DNA of 64,000 nucleotides from Escherichia coli (GCF_044324875.1 NZ_CP172187.1), one strand, 5' to 3'; positions 19,101 to 29,598 are shown, counted from the stretch's first letter. Notes: generated by a model from the sequence alone, not told the origin. Numbers and translations: made by a program.

Positions 19101-19376
19101 CGCACCCGTAGCTGGGAGGATAACGGTATCACCCGTTACGTCACCGAAATTCTTGTTAAGACCACGGGCACCATGCAGATGCTGGGACGTGCCGCAGGTA
19201 CTCAGACTCAGCCGGAAGAGGCGCAACAGTTCAGCGGTCAGCCTCAGCCGGAATCACAGCCGGAACCGAAAAAAGGAGGCGCGAAAACGAAAGGCCGTGG
19301 ACGTAAGGCCGCGCAGCCGGAGCCTCAGCAGCCGTCTGAACCCGCGTATGACTTCGATGACGACATTCCGTTCTAA
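16188..19376 (+). CDS. ssb: plasmid single-stranded DNA-binding protein, interrupted by a group II intron (exon 1 16188-16226, exon 2 18888-19376)
   Basis: Exon 1 [13 protein letters not shown] behind AGGAGA RBS; exon 2 [31 protein letters not shown]...DDDIPF; joined product ~175 aa typical of F-like plasmid SSB. Confidence 0.8.
16227..18887 (+). mobile_element. group II intron (~2661 bp) with ORF in domain IV
   Basis: 5' GTGCG; domain V hairpin at 18769-18802 (GAGCCGTATGCAC TGAAA GGTGCACGTACGGTTC); 3' end ...CTAC; encloses the RT ORF. Confidence 0.85.
16840..18741 (+). CDS. group II intron-encoded protein: reverse transcriptase, maturase, C-terminal HNH endonuclease
   Basis: 633 aa; RT motif YADDFVIG; C-terminal CEYC...HHV...CASCH HNH motif; GAGGAGG RBS. 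Confidence 0.9.
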   Translation: MLPDELEKRLDGIEDASKKGYPVRNLYKIACEPGLWLQAYVNIRANAGALTQGVSTDTIDGFSIERAEKLAKTLRSREYVAKPVRRVQIPKKDGKTRPLGIPGGDDKLAQEVARIILERVYEPVFSEHSHGFRPKRSCETALRSIRPVWNGVKWIVDVDIKGFFDNIPHKLLLNTLAEKIKDKNFLKLIEQWLKAGYVDNWKYHRSYSGTPQGGIISPLLANIYLDKLDRFVEQNLIPAYTSGTKRRANPDMNRLAHKIHKLRKKVDGMATDSESEKEAIKKEIERLLEEKRSIPSQVMNDPNFRRMYYVRYADDFVIGVIGSKKDAEHISRQVRNFITTSLGLEVNEAKTRIRHISEGVNFLGYEIRQADAKKLLKQKMQGRHALRRSTTGIVQLFVPDNIAAKFCHQKKYGCYENVKAVHRSSLQNLSEAEIVLTFNAEMRGLANYYSLALDMKYKLSKLYFIWQISLFKTLANKRRSSVNKVAKSLRQNNGDLAITVQAKNGSRKIEVFKLKHVNRNRTTIVDTEPRTAHITTRTTEIMRRLGARICEYCAKTGRCEVHHVRKLKDLKKGRKAGYKPSLWQLMMIARRRKTMILCASCHDKLHSGKLPDLRQEKGRILLQPPVSSGDSAK

Positions 19377-19389
19377 CGAAAGACAGTGA

Positions 19390-19665
<276 letters not shown>

Positions 19666-19728
19666 GAGAGGTGCCGGACGGGAACGCGTCCGGCAGACAT
19701 ACAACCATCCCGGTCAAAGGAGAAATAT

Positions 19729-21686
19729 ATGTCAGTTACAGAGTCTAAGACAAAAACGGAGCGTAAATCCAGCCGTAAACCTGCAAAAACGCAGGAAACT
19801 GCACTGTCTGCCCTGCTGGCGCAGACGGAGGAAGTGAGCGTGCCGCTGGATTCACTGATTAAATCACCGCTGAATGTGCGCACGGTGCCGTATTCTGCGG
19901 AGTCCGTCAGTGAACTGGCTGATTCCATTAAGGGAGTCGGCCTGCTGCAGAATCTGGTTGTTCATGCCCTGCCAGGTGACCGTTACGGTGTCGCCGCAGG
20001 TGGTCGCCGACTGGCAGCACTCAACATGCTGGCAGAGCGTGACATCATTCAGGCTGACTGGCCTGTCCGCGTGAAAATTATTCCGCAGGAGCTGGCGACG
20101 GCTGCATCGATGACCGAGAACGGTCATCGTCGGGATATGCACCCTGCCGAACAGATTGCCGGATTCCGCGCAATGGCGCAGGAAGGCAAAACACCTGCGC
20201 AAATCGGTGATTTGCTGGGCTATTCACCCCGCCATGTCCAGCGAATGCTGAAACTGGCTGACCTTGCGCCTGTCATCCTCGATGCGCTGGCAGAAGACCG
20301 CATCACCACCGAACACTGTCAGGCGCTGGCGCTGGAGAACGACACCGCGCGTCAGGTGCAGGTGTTTGAAGCCGCTGCCAGTCAGGATGGGGTGGAAAAC
20401 CGGATGTGCGGGTTATCCGCAACCTGATTACGGAAAGTGAAGTGGCGGTGAAGGACAACACTAAATTTCGCTTTGTGGGGGCTGATGCTTTCTCGCCTGA
20501 CGAACTGCGCACCGATTTGTTCAGCGATGACGGGGACGGTTATGTCGACCGCGTGGCGCTCGATGCCGCCCTGCTGGAAAAACTCCAGGTTGTTGCAGAG
20601 TCCCTTCGGGAAGCAGAAGGCTGGGAATGGTGCGCCGGGCGCATGGAGCCAGTCGGTGAGTGCCGTGAGGATGCCGGAACATACCGCTGTCTGCCGGAGC
20701 CGGAAGCGGTGCTGACGGAGGCGGAAGAAGAACGCCTGAACGAACTGATGACGCGTTACGACGCGCTGGAAAACCAGTGTGAGGAATCCGACCTGCTGGA
20801 AGCAGAAATGAAGCTGATGCGCTGCATGGCGAAGGTCAGAGCGTGGACGCCGGAGATACGTGCCGGAAGCGGTGTGGTGGTGTCCTGGCGTTATGGCAAC
20901 GTATGTGTCCAGCGTGGTGTGCAGTTGCGCAGTGAAGATGACGCGACTGACGACGCTGACCGCACGGAACAGGTGCAGGAGAAAGCGTCAGTGGAGGAAA
21001 TCAGTCTGCCACTGCTGACGAAAATGTCTTCCGAACGCACGCTGGCAGTCCAGGCGGCACTGATGCAGCAACCGGACAAATCCCTGACACTGCTGGCATG
21101 GACGCTCTGCCTGAATGTGTTTGGCAGCGGAGCGTACAGTAAACCAGCACAAATCAGCCTGGAATGTAAACATTATTCGCTGACCAGCGATGCGCCGTCA
21201 GGGAAGGAAGGTGCCGCATTCATGGCGCTGATGGCAGAAAAAGCCCGTCTTGCGGCCCTGTTACCGGAGGGATGGTCACGGGACATGACGACATTCCTTT
21301 CACTCAGTCAGGAGGTGCTGTTATCCCTGCTCAGTTTCTGCACCGCGTGCAGCATCCACGGCGTTCAGACCCGCGAGTGTGGTCACACGTCACGCAGCCC
21401 GCTGGACACGCTGGAGAGCGCCATCGGTTTTCACATGCGCGACTGGTGGCAGCCGACAAAAGCAAACTTCTTCGGACACCTGAAAAAGCCGCAGATTATC
21501 GCAGCCCTGAATGAGGCAGGACTGTCCGGTGCCGCACGGGACGCGGAGAAGATGAAGAAAGGCGATGCGGCTGAACATGCAGAGTTCCATATGAAAGACA
21601 ACCGCTGGGTGCCTGGCTGGATGTGTGCACCACGTCCACAGACGGATACCACTGAACGCACTGATAACCTGGCTGATGCCGCCTGA
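19729..21686 (+). pseudogene. ParB-like nuclease domain leading-region protein, reading frame broken near 20396-20410 (would be ~652 aa if continuous)
   Basis: Two overlapping ORFs (19729-20427, 20406-21686) in different frames; ParB/Spo0J-like N-terminal region; shift sits at an A4 run. Confidence 0.7.
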
Positions 21687-21740
21687 TGAACAACCACACC
21701 GCCCCGCCGGAGACGGGGCGGCAGCAAGGGAGATACCGTG

Positions 21741-22175
21741 ATGAAAACTGAACTGACCCTGAATGTCCTGCAGACCATGAACGCACAGGAATATGAAGAT
21801 ATCCGTGCTGCGGGAAGCGATATGCGCCGTAATCTCACTCACGAGGTGATGCGTAAAGTGGACGCACCGGCTAACTGGATGATGAATGGCGAGTATGGCA
21901 GTGAGTTCGGGGGCTTTTTCCCCGTCCAGGTTCGTTTCACGCCAGCCCACGAACGTTTTCACCTGGCGTTATGTTCACCGGGCGATGTCTCTCAGGTCTG
22001 GGTGCTGGTTCTGGTGAATGCCGGTGGTGAGCCGTTTGCGGTGGTTCAGGTGCAGCGGCGGTTTGCACCGGAAGCTGTCAGCCATTCACTGGCACTGGCG
22101 GCGTCACTGGATGCGCAGGGGTACAGCGTTAACGACATCATTCATATCCTGATGGCGGAAGGAGGTCAGGCATGA
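21741..22175 (+). CDS. psiB: plasmid SOS inhibition protein PsiB
   Basis: 144 aa, [27 protein letters not shown]... matches F PsiB from memory. Confidence 0.9.
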   Translation: MKTELTLNVLQTMNAQEYEDIRAAGSDMRRNLTHEVMRKVDAPANWMMNGEYGSEFGGFFPVQVRFTPAHERFHLALCSPGDVSQVWVLVLVNAGGEPFAVVQVQRRFAPEAVSHSLALAASLDAQGYSVNDIIHILMAEGGQA

Positions 22176-22891
22176 GCGCACGTTCACAGGCACTGGTTCC
22201 TCTCAGCACAGAGCAACAGGCCGCATGGCGGGCGGTGGCGGAGACCGAAAAACGCCGCCATCAGGGTAACACGCTGGCTGAATATCCGTATGCGGGTGCG
22301 TTTTTCCGCTGTCTGAACGGAAGCCGCAGGATATCGCTGTCTGACCTGCGATTTTTCATGCCGTCCCTGACCGCAGAAGAACTGCACGGCAACCGTCTTC
22401 AGTGGCTGTATGCCATCGATGTGCTGATTGAAACACAGGGCGAGGTCTGCCTCCTTCCCCTTCCCGGTGATGCAGCAGAGCGCTTGTTCCCGTCGGTGCG
22501 GTTTCGTGTCAGGGAACGCAGTCGCCATAAATCCGCGCTGGTCATGCAGAAGTACAGCCGCCAGCAGGCGAGGGAGGCAGAGCAGAAAGCCCGTGCGTAC
22601 CAGGCGCTGGTCGCTCAGGCTGAAATCGAACTGGCATTCCATTCGCCGGAAACAGTCGGAAGCTGGCATGCACGCTGGAGTGACCGGGTGGCAGAGCATG
22701 ACCTGGAAACCCTGTTCTGGCAGTGGGGCGAGCGTTTTCCGTCACTGGCCGGAATGGAACGCTGGCAGTGGCAGGATATGCCGTTCTGGCAGGTTATTGC
22801 GGAAGCCAGTCTTGCAGCAAGAGAGGCCGGTCACGCTGTCCGTGAGATGGAGCGGTGGATGGTGCCGAACAAACTCCGGGAGGCAGCGTGA
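22172..22891 (+). CDS. psiA: PsiA protein
   Basis: 239 aa; ATGA-coupled to psiB; size and position as in F-like plasmids. Confidence 0.85.
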   Translation: MSARSQALVPLSTEQQAAWRAVAETEKRRHQGNTLAEYPYAGAFFRCLNGSRRISLSDLRFFMPSLTAEELHGNRLQWLYAIDVLIETQGEVCLLPLPGDAAERLFPSVRFRVRERSRHKSALVMQKYSRQQAREAEQKARAYQALVAQAEIELAFHSPETVGSWHARWSDRVAEHDLETLFWQWGERFPSLAGMERWQWQDMPFWQVIAEASLAAREAGHAVREMERWMVPNKLREAA

Positions 22892-23059
22892 TGCGGCAAC
22901 AATCACACGGATTTCCCGTGAACGGTCTGAATGAGCGGATTATTTTCAGGGAAAGTGAGTGTGGTCAGCGTGCAGGTATATGGGCTATGATGTGCCCGGC
23001 GCTTGAGGCTTTCTGCCTCATGACGTGAAGGTGGTTTGTTGCCGTGTTGTGTGGCAGAA

Positions 23060-23130
23060 AGAAGATAGCCCCGTAGTAAGTTAATTTTCATTAACCACCA
23101 CGAGGCATCCCTATGTCTAGTCCACATCAG
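23060..23130 (-). ncRNA. sok-like antisense RNA (position approximate)
   Basis: Inferred from hok/sok architecture: antisense to the mok start region; boundaries not determined. Confidence 0.3.
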
Positions 23131-23325
23131 GATAGCCTCTTACCGCGCTTTGCGCAAGGAGAAGAAGGCCATGAAACTACCACGAAGTTCCCTTGTCTGG
23201 TGTGTGTTGATCGTGTGTCTCACACTGTTGATATTCACTTATCTGACACGAAAATCGCTGTGCGAGATTCGTTACAGAGACGGACACAGGGAGGTGGCGG
23301 CTTTCATGGCTTACGAATCCGGTAA
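23113..23325 (+). CDS. mok-like overlapping reading frame (modulator of hok translation)
   Basis: 70 aa ORF overlapping hok in a different frame, as in hok/sok loci. Confidence 0.4.
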   Translation: MSSPHQDSLLPRFAQGEEGHETTTKFPCLVCVDRVSHTVDIHLSDTKIAVRDSLQRRTQGGGGFHGLRIR

Positions 23326-23329
23326 GTAG
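23171..23329 (+). CDS. hok: Hok/Gef-family membrane toxin (52 aa)
   Basis: Translation [52 protein letters not shown] read directly. Confidence 0.85.
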   Translation: MKLPRSSLVWCVLIVCLTLLIFTYLTRKSLCEIRYRDGHREVAAFMAYESGK

Positions 23330-23335
23330 CAACCT

Positions 23336-23362
23336 GGAGGCGGGCGCAGGCCCGCCTTTTCA
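23336..23362 (+). terminator. GC-rich hairpin followed by T-run after hok
   Basis: AGGCGGGCGCAGGCCCGCCTTTT. Confidence 0.5.
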
Positions 23363-23599
23363 GGACTGATGCTGGTCTGACTACTGAAGCGCCTTTATAA
23401 AGGGGCTGCTGGTTCGCCGGTAGCCCCTTTCTCCTTGCTGATGTTGTACGGGCATGAACAACCTGACTTCAGGAAGGTCGTTTCCCTTCAGGAACGGGGA
23501 TGAACGCGCGCCTGCGGCGCCCGTTCTTTTCCCCCGCCTTCTCTGGTTATGGCCTGTCAGAAATCACATCACCTTCCCTGTGATTATTCTCTTTTTCTT

Positions 23600-24229
23600 C
23601 CTGCTCTGATTCTGACTACTGCAGTGTTGTCCTGTCTGCCGGCGCACCTTCGGCTCCCGGCTGCCTGGCGGCATCCGGTCGTCAGGCCCGACTCCGACAG
23701 GCAGCTGCTGGCGCACCTGCCAGTCTCCGCCGAACCCGCTGGCGCGGTTTCGGGCTGTCGCTACGGTCCGATGCGTGAAAACCCCGGGCTTGCAGCGACC
23801 GTTCCGGTCGCGCCGCCTCTGTCGCGCCGTGGCCTGCGCTCCTGGCATCCCGGCAAAAAGACGCCGGGATGTAAGGCGCAACGCCGTTTCGCAAACCGCG
23901 CTTCACGTCGTTGCTGCGGGTCCCTGCCCGTTGTTGTGTCCGGTGCCATTCACCTGTTTAAGCCCCTGTCGCCGGGGGCTGATACAGCCACAACCTGCCG
24001 CACTGACTGTCCAGGGTAAATGAACAGCCCACAAAATTTTTTACCCAAAACCCGGTAAAAAATTTTGCGTTCTGCCCAGGACAGGTGCGTCAGGCCGTGG
24101 CAGTGATGCCCCATGCGGCGAAGGTTCTCAAACAGGTGATGGTGAATACCGGAGGGAACAAAGAGCAGGTCCCCGCAAAACGTCAAAACCGCGGCTCCCG
24201 AAACTCAACAGATGATGGGGGCTGAAAAC
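23600..24229 (+). repeat. leading-region repeat family B, copy 3
   Basis: Near-identical to copies at 12179 and 15536. Confidence 0.85.
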
Positions 24230-24249
24230 CAGAGAGAGGAGAAAGCTGG

Positions 24250-24537
24250 ATGAGTACCCGAAATATCCACGTTAACACCGCGTCGTACACGATTCTTGTT
24301 GCCGGGAGGGAAAAAAACACCGGGGAAGAGTGGGACGTCCTGGAATTCAGCAGCCTGACTGAGCTGAAAAAATATCGCAAAAGCCACCCGGAAAAGATGG
24401 CCTTCAGCTATAGCTACGCGCTCAGCCGGGGTGTGGATACGCAGTTCCGCCATATCAACATTGCGGAAGCCGATCACTTCAAACAGTTCCTGCGTCAGAT
24501 TAAGCGTGCCGGCCTCGATATCCGGGCGATCTGCTGA
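24250..24537 (+). CDS. hypothetical protein (95 aa)
   Basis: GAGAGGAGA RBS; first ORF after repeat B3. Confidence 0.5.
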   Translation: MSTRNIHVNTASYTILVAGREKNTGEEWDVLEFSSLTELKKYRKSHPEKMAFSYSYALSRGVDTQFRHINIAEADHFKQFLRQIKRAGLDIRAIC

Positions 24538-24655
24538 CCGGATGTGATGAATATCCCTCCTGATTGTTGCAATCTTGTTAATGGAGATCGGGAGAGATGA
24601 TATTAAGCGGAAAAATTTTTTATTAAATTTATTCTTTCATAAAGGAGTAGCTGTT

Positions 24656-25477
24656 ATGCGATTAGCTTCCCGTTTTGGTCGGTATAATTCCATCCGTCGT
24701 GAACGTCCTTTAACGGATGATGAATTAATGCAGTTCGTGCCTTCGGTATTTTCCGGTGATAAACATGAGTCCCGGAGTGAACGTTATACGTATATTCCAA
24801 CAATCAATATCATCAATAAGTTACGTGATGAAGGTTTCCAGCCATTCTTTGCCTGTCAGAGTCGGGTTCGTGATTTGGGACGCCGCGAATACAGTAAACA
24901 TATGTTACGTCTTCGCAGGGAAGGGCATATTAACGGGCAGGAAGTTCCTGAAATTATCCTGCTTAATTCACATGATGGTTCATCCAGTTATCAGATGATC
25001 CCCGGAATTTTTCGTTTTGTCTGCACAAATGGCCTGGTGTGCGGAAATAATTTTGGCGAAATCCGTGTTCCACATAAAGGTGATATTGTCGGGCAGGTTA
25101 TCGAGGGAGCGTATGAAGTGCTCGGTGTCTTTGATAAGGTCACTGATAATATGGAGGCGATGAAAGAAATTCATCTTAACAGTGACGAGCAACATTTATT
25201 TGGCAGAGCTGCACTGATGGTCAGGTATGAAGATGAAAATAAAACGCCAGTGACACCTGAACAGATAATTACTCCCCGTCGTCGGGAAGATAAACAGAAC
25301 GATCTCTGGACAACCTGGCAGCGGGTTCAGGAGAATATGATAAAAGGTGGATTATCGGGGCGAAGTGCCTCCGGGAAAAATACCAGGACAAGAGCCATTA
25401 CAGGTATTGATGGTGATATAAGAATCAACAAGGCGTTATGGGTGATTGCCGAACAGTTCAGAAAGTGGAAGTCATGA
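24656..25477 (+). CDS. hypothetical protein, possibly DUF932-like
   Basis: 273 aa from ATG after AAAGGAG RBS; family assignment from memory only. Confidence 0.55.
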   Translation: MRLASRFGRYNSIRRERPLTDDELMQFVPSVFSGDKHESRSERYTYIPTINIINKLRDEGFQPFFACQSRVRDLGRREYSKHMLRLRREGHINGQEVPEIILLNSHDGSSSYQMIPGIFRFVCTNGLVCGNNFGEIRVPHKGDIVGQVIEGAYEVLGVFDKVTDNMEAMKEIHLNSDEQHLFGRAALMVRYEDENKTPVTPEQIITPRRREDKQNDLWTTWQRVQENMIKGGLSGRSASGKNTRTRAITGIDGDIRINKALWVIAEQFRKWKS

Positions 25478-25483
25478 TAATAT

Positions 25484-25519
25484 AAGTAAAGCCCCGAAAA
25501 AATTTTCGGGGCTTTACTT
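25484..25519. terminator. strong bidirectional hairpin terminator
   Basis: AAGTAAAGCCCCGAAAAAATTTTCGGGGCTTTACTT. Confidence 0.65.
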
Positions 25520-25773
25520 ATATTATCATTTTTCGGCATTGCTGTGTCGTCTGATATACCTCAATTTCATCGACCGGCTTTCCGGTTGTCTGTAAATATT
25601 GTGCCCGCGAAAAATGGTCTGGCAGGAGGCTGCGCAGTTACCGGGTATATATAAGATGGGTTCCCGCTTCGCGGGGCTTCGGCCAGTCAGTATTGTCACT
25701 CATATGATATTTTTGTGTGTGGCCTTCCATGCCGCTTTTGCGGCATAACCGGTATCTGACAATGTCTGTAAGA

Positions 25774-26283
25774 TTAATTGTTCTGCACGCTGTTAATTTC
25801 CGGAAGTGATTTCTTCGTGGCCGGAAGCCGGATACCTTTACTGCTTTTTATCCCGGTATAAATCCGGTAAACCTCTGATGCGTAGGCAAGACGTCTCTGG
25901 TTCTGGCGTTCGGATTTCCTGAATCCTGCATTGTATGCACCAACGGCCTCCCAGGTGACGCCCCATTTTTTAAATGCTATTGCCAGATAATAAGCACCGG
26001 TATAAATGTTCATGCAGGGATCTGTTGTCAGATGTTCTGGCTTAATTCCGTAGCGGGCCAGTTCGTTAAAATGCTGGGAATCTACCTGCATCAGTCCGCT
26101 GCCATATCCCGTTACCGGATTAATACCGATGGCATTAACCCGGTAACGGGATTCTTTCCATGATATTGCTCTCAGTAAATCAGGATCTATTTTGTAATCC
26201 CGGCCTGCAAGATCAAAGCAATCAGTGGCATGGCAGATCTCATTTATAAACATCAGGCAGATGGCTAACATCCATTTTTTCAT
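25774..26283 (-). CDS. lytic transglycosylase (orf169/X-like, SLT domain) with signal peptide
   Basis: Start at internal ATG ([10 protein letters not shown]...); SLT-type catalytic region; position next to oriT as in F. Confidence 0.8.
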   Translation of the reverse strand: MKKWMLAICLMFINEICHATDCFDLAGRDYKIDPDLLRAISWKESRYRVNAIGINPVTGYGSGLMQVDSQHFNELARYGIKPEHLTTDPCMNIYTGAYYLAIAFKKWGVTWEAVGAYNAGFRKSERQNQRRLAYASEVYRIYTGIKSSKGIRLPATKKSLPEINSVQNN

Positions 26284-26344
26284 TTTTCCACCTCTGGTGA
26301 CTTTATCCGTAAATAATTTAACCCACTCCACAAAAAGGCTCAAC

Positions 26345-26400
26345 AGGTTGGTGGTTCTCACCACCAAAAGCACCACACACTACGCAAAAACAAGTTTTTG
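26345..26400 (-). promoter_or_regulatory. oriT nick region (R100/R1-type); nick inferred on the minus strand between 26375 and 26374
   Basis: Minus strand reads TTTTTGCGTAGTGTGT|GGTGCTTTTGGTGGTGAGAACCACC, matching the F-like nic core from memory; inverted repeat GGTGGTTCTCACCACC. Confidence 0.75.
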
Positions 26401-26706
26401 CTGATTTGCCACTTGAATCATTAACTTATGTTTTAAATAATGTATTTTAATTTATTTTACATTATAAAAAGGATTCATTGGTGAATCGCATATGATTCAC
26501 CAATGAATTTAACACAACTCATAGATGAATCAGTAATAATAAAACAACGAGTTAAAGCGAATTGACTCTAGATTCAATTCGTGATGTGATTTGCTGCATG
26601 AATCGTAATTTTCGTAACTTGCGTCACGATTCGATTCATCGATGAATTGTCATTTTTTTATATGTGAAATAAATTTGATGCGATAAGAAAATAAAGAGGT
26701 ATACAT

Positions 26707-27090
26707 ATGGCGAAAGTGCAGGCTTATGTCAGTGACGAAATTGTCTATAAAATAAATAAAATTGTGGAAAGAAGACGTGCAGAAGGAGCTAAAAGTACAG
26801 ATGTAAGTTTCTCAAGCATATCCACTATGCTTCTCGAATTAGGGCTTCGTGTATATGAGGCTCAGATGGAGCGTAAAGAGTCAGCGTTCAATCAGGCTGA
26901 GTTTAATAAGGTGCTTCTTGAATGTGCGGTAAAAACACAGTCAACAGTTGCTAAGATTTTAGGTATTGAGTCACTAAGCCCTCATGTTTCCGGGAATCCA
27001 AAGTTTGAATATGCGAATATGGTCGAAGATATCAGGGAGAAGGTGTCATCTGAGATGGAGAGGTTCTTTCCAGAAAATGATGAGGATTAA
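26707..27090 (+). CDS. traM: TraM, relaxosome accessory protein
   Basis: 127 aa MAKVQAYVSDE...; first gene after oriT. Confidence 0.9.
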   Translation: MAKVQAYVSDEIVYKINKIVERRRAEGAKSTDVSFSSISTMLLELGLRVYEAQMERKESAFNQAEFNKVLLECAVKTQSTVAKILGIESLSPHVSGNPKFEYANMVEDIREKVSSEMERFFPENDED

Positions 27091-27211
27091 AAAAGAATTA
27101 AAAGTTGATTTGCTTCAAATAACAGGATTTTGATCTGGTTCAATTTGATGACAATTAACCGCATAAAGGTTATATTAATTACGTGGTTAATGCCACGTTA
27201 AAAATTGAAAC

Positions 27212-27290
27212 TGAAAATCGCCGATGCAGGGAGTTCAGACCTCCCTGCATCGACTGTCCATAGAATCCTTAACGGAGGTTCCTATGTGTG
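27212..27290 (-). ncRNA. finP: FinP antisense RNA (approximate)
   Basis: Antisense to traJ leader/RBS/start; perfect 12-bp stem CGATGCAGGGAG/CTCCCTGCATCG at 27222-27252 followed on the minus strand by a U-rich tract. Confidence 0.55.
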
Positions 27291-27970
27291 CGCTGGATCG
27301 TAGAGAAAGGCCACTTAACAGTCAATCTGTAAATAAATACATCCTTAACGTTCAGAATATCTACAGAAATTCTCCCGTTCCGGTTTGTGTCCGTAACAAA
27401 AACCGGAAAATCCTTTATGCCAATGGGGCTTTTATTGAACTCTTTTCCAGAGAAGATAAACCCTTATCCGGAGAGAGTTATATACGTCTGCAGGTTGAAA
27501 TTTTTCTTTCATCACTTGAACTGGAATGCCAGGCTCTTGGACATGGCTCTGCATTTTGTCGTCGTTTTAATTTTCATGGCGAAATCTATCAGATAAGGAT
27601 GGAGAATGTTTCTTTTTATAATGACGAATCTGTTGTTTTATGGCAAATTAATCCGTTTCCTGATTATCCATTTTTTGCGTTAAATCAGAGTGGAAGTAAT
27701 ACAAATACTTCTGATAAATTAACGATATGGAATGATCTTTCTCCAGGGACATTGGTTGTTTTCTCTTTTTATATGCTGGGTGTTGGTCACGCAACAATTG
27801 CCAGAGAGTTGGGTATTACAGACAGAGCATCTGAGGATCGAATTAAACCAGTTAAACGGAAAATAAAAGAATTTTTTGAACACTTTGATTTATTCAGAGT
27901 GTCATGTATCTATAAAGGAGAAATAGATTCGCTATTAAGTATAATTCGTGAATTTTATAGTATTAAGTAA
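27284..27970 (+). CDS. traJ: TraJ transfer activator
   Basis: 228 aa from ATG after GGAGG RBS; position between traM and traY. Confidence 0.85.
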   Translation: MCALDRRERPLNSQSVNKYILNVQNIYRNSPVPVCVRNKNRKILYANGAFIELFSREDKPLSGESYIRLQVEIFLSSLELECQALGHGSAFCRRFNFHGEIYQIRMENVSFYNDESVVLWQINPFPDYPFFALNQSGSNTNTSDKLTIWNDLSPGTLVVFSFYMLGVGHATIARELGITDRASEDRIKPVKRKIKEFFEHFDLFRVSCIYKGEIDSLLSIIREFYSIK

Positions 27971-28063
27971 ATGTTAAATAAGGCACGCCAATTTTGGCGT
28001 GTTTTTTTTCGTCGGTTTCTGTGCAATCATGATTTTATTAGTCAGGAAACAGAGGTGAATTGA

Positions 28064-28291
28064 GTGAGGAGGCGTAACGCGAGAGGCGGGATAAGCAGAA
28101 CAGTCTCAGTGTATCTCGATGAAGATACAAATAACCGACTTATTCGGGCCAAAGATCGTAGCGGTAGAAGTAAAACTATAGAGGTTCAGATCCGTCTCAG
28201 AGATCATCTGAAACGGTTTCCTGATTTCTATAATGAAGAAATATTCAGGGAGGTGATCGAAGAGAACGAGTCAACATTTAAAGAACTTTAG
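28064..28291 (+). CDS. traY: TraY (RHH oriT-binding protein), GTG start
   Basis: 75 aa; position and size. Confidence 0.8.
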   Translation: MRRRNARGGISRTVSVYLDEDTNNRLIRAKDRSGRSKTIEVQIRLRDHLKRFPDFYNEEIFREVIEENESTFKEL

Positions 28292-28324
28292 TTTTTATCT
28301 ATCAATATTAAACAGAGGAATCAT

Positions 28325-28684
28325 ATGAATACTGTTTTAAGTGTTCAGGGTGCTTCTGCGCCTGTTGAAAAGAAATCGTTTTTTTCTAAATTCACTCGTC
28401 TGAATATGCTTCGCCTGGTTCGCGCAGTGATCCCGGTTGCTGTTCTGATGATGTTCTTCCCGCAACTGGCAATGGCAGCACAGGGCCAGGACCTGATGCA
28501 GAGTGGTAACTCCACGGTTAAGGCGACCTTCGGTAAGGACTCCAGTGTTGTTAAATGGGTTGTTCTGGCTGAAGTTCTGGTCGGTGCTGTCATGTACATG
28601 ATGACCAAAAACGTCAAGTTCCTGGCCGGTTTTGCCATCATCTCTGTATTTATTGCTGTGGGTATGGCCGTCGTTGGCCTCTGA
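28325..28684 (+). CDS. traA: F-type propilin TraA
   Basis: 119 aa [14 protein letters not shown]...; near-identical in pattern to F pilin. Confidence 0.9.
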   Translation: MNTVLSVQGASAPVEKKSFFSKFTRLNMLRLVRAVIPVAVLMMFFPQLAMAAQGQDLMQSGNSTVKATFGKDSSVVKWVVLAEVLVGAVMYMMTKNVKFLAGFAIISVFIAVGMAVVGL

Positions 28685-28698
28685 CAGGAAATAAAACG

Positions 28699-29010
28699 AT
28701 GTCGGGAGACGAGAATAAACTTAAGAAATATCGTTTCCCGGAAACACTGACCAACCAGAGCCGCTGGTTTGGCCTGCCACTGGATGAACTGATCCCCGCA
28801 GCAATCTGTGTTGGCTGGGGTATCACAACATCGAAATATCTGTTCGGTATTGGTGCAGCTGTTCTGGTTTATTTCGGGATTAAAAAACTGAAAAAAGGGC
28901 GGGGCAGTTCCTGGTTACGTGACCTGATTTACTGGTATATGCCAACAGCCCTGCTGCGCGGTATTTTTCATAATGTTCCCGATTCGTGTTTCCGGCAGTG
29001 GATTAAATAG
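28699..29010 (+). CDS. traL: TraL
   Basis: Synteny and sequence character. Confidence 0.8.
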   Translation: MSGDENKLKKYRFPETLTNQSRWFGLPLDELIPAAICVGWGITTSKYLFGIGAAVLVYFGIKKLKKGRGSSWLRDLIYWYMPTALLRGIFHNVPDSCFRQWIK

Positions 29011-29031
29011 AACTGATATCAGGATTGTTAT

Positions 29032-29598
29032 ATGGAACACGGTGCCCGTTTAAGTACCAGTCGTGTAATGGCCATCGCCTTTATATTTATGTCAGTGCTT
29101 ATTGTTCTCAGCCTCTCTGTTAACGTCATTCAGGGGGTGAATAACTACCGCCTTCAGAATGAGCAACGCACTGCCGTGACGCCAATGGCATTTAATGCCC
29201 CCTTTGCCGTGTCACAGAACAGTGCCGACGCCTCTTATTTACAGCAGATGGCGCTGTCATTTATTGCCCTCCGTCTGAATGTTTCATCAGAAACCGTCGA
29301 TGCCTCACATCAGGCGCTTCTGCAATATATCCGCCCGGGCGCACAGAACCAGATGAAAGTTATTCTGGCTGAAGAAGCGAAGCGTATTAAAAACGATAAC
29401 GTGAACTCAGCCTTTTTCCAGACCAGTGTTCGTGTCTGGCCTCAGTATGGCCGTGTGGAAATTCGTGGTGTGCTTAAAACCTGGATTGGTGATTCAAAAC
29501 CTTTCACTGATATCAAACATTACATCCTTATTCTGAAGCGGGAAAACGGGGTGACCTGGCTGGATAATTTCGGGGAAACAGACGATGAGAAAAAATAA
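29032..29598 (+). CDS. traE: TraE
   Basis: 188 aa; synteny. Confidence 0.85.
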   Translation: MEHGARLSTSRVMAIAFIFMSVLIVLSLSVNVIQGVNNYRLQNEQRTAVTPMAFNAPFAVSQNSADASYLQQMALSFIALRLNVSSETVDASHQALLQYIRPGAQNQMKVILAEEAKRIKNDNVNSAFFQTSVRVWPQYGRVEIRGVLKTWIGDSKPFTDIKHYILILKRENGVTWLDNFGETDDEKK

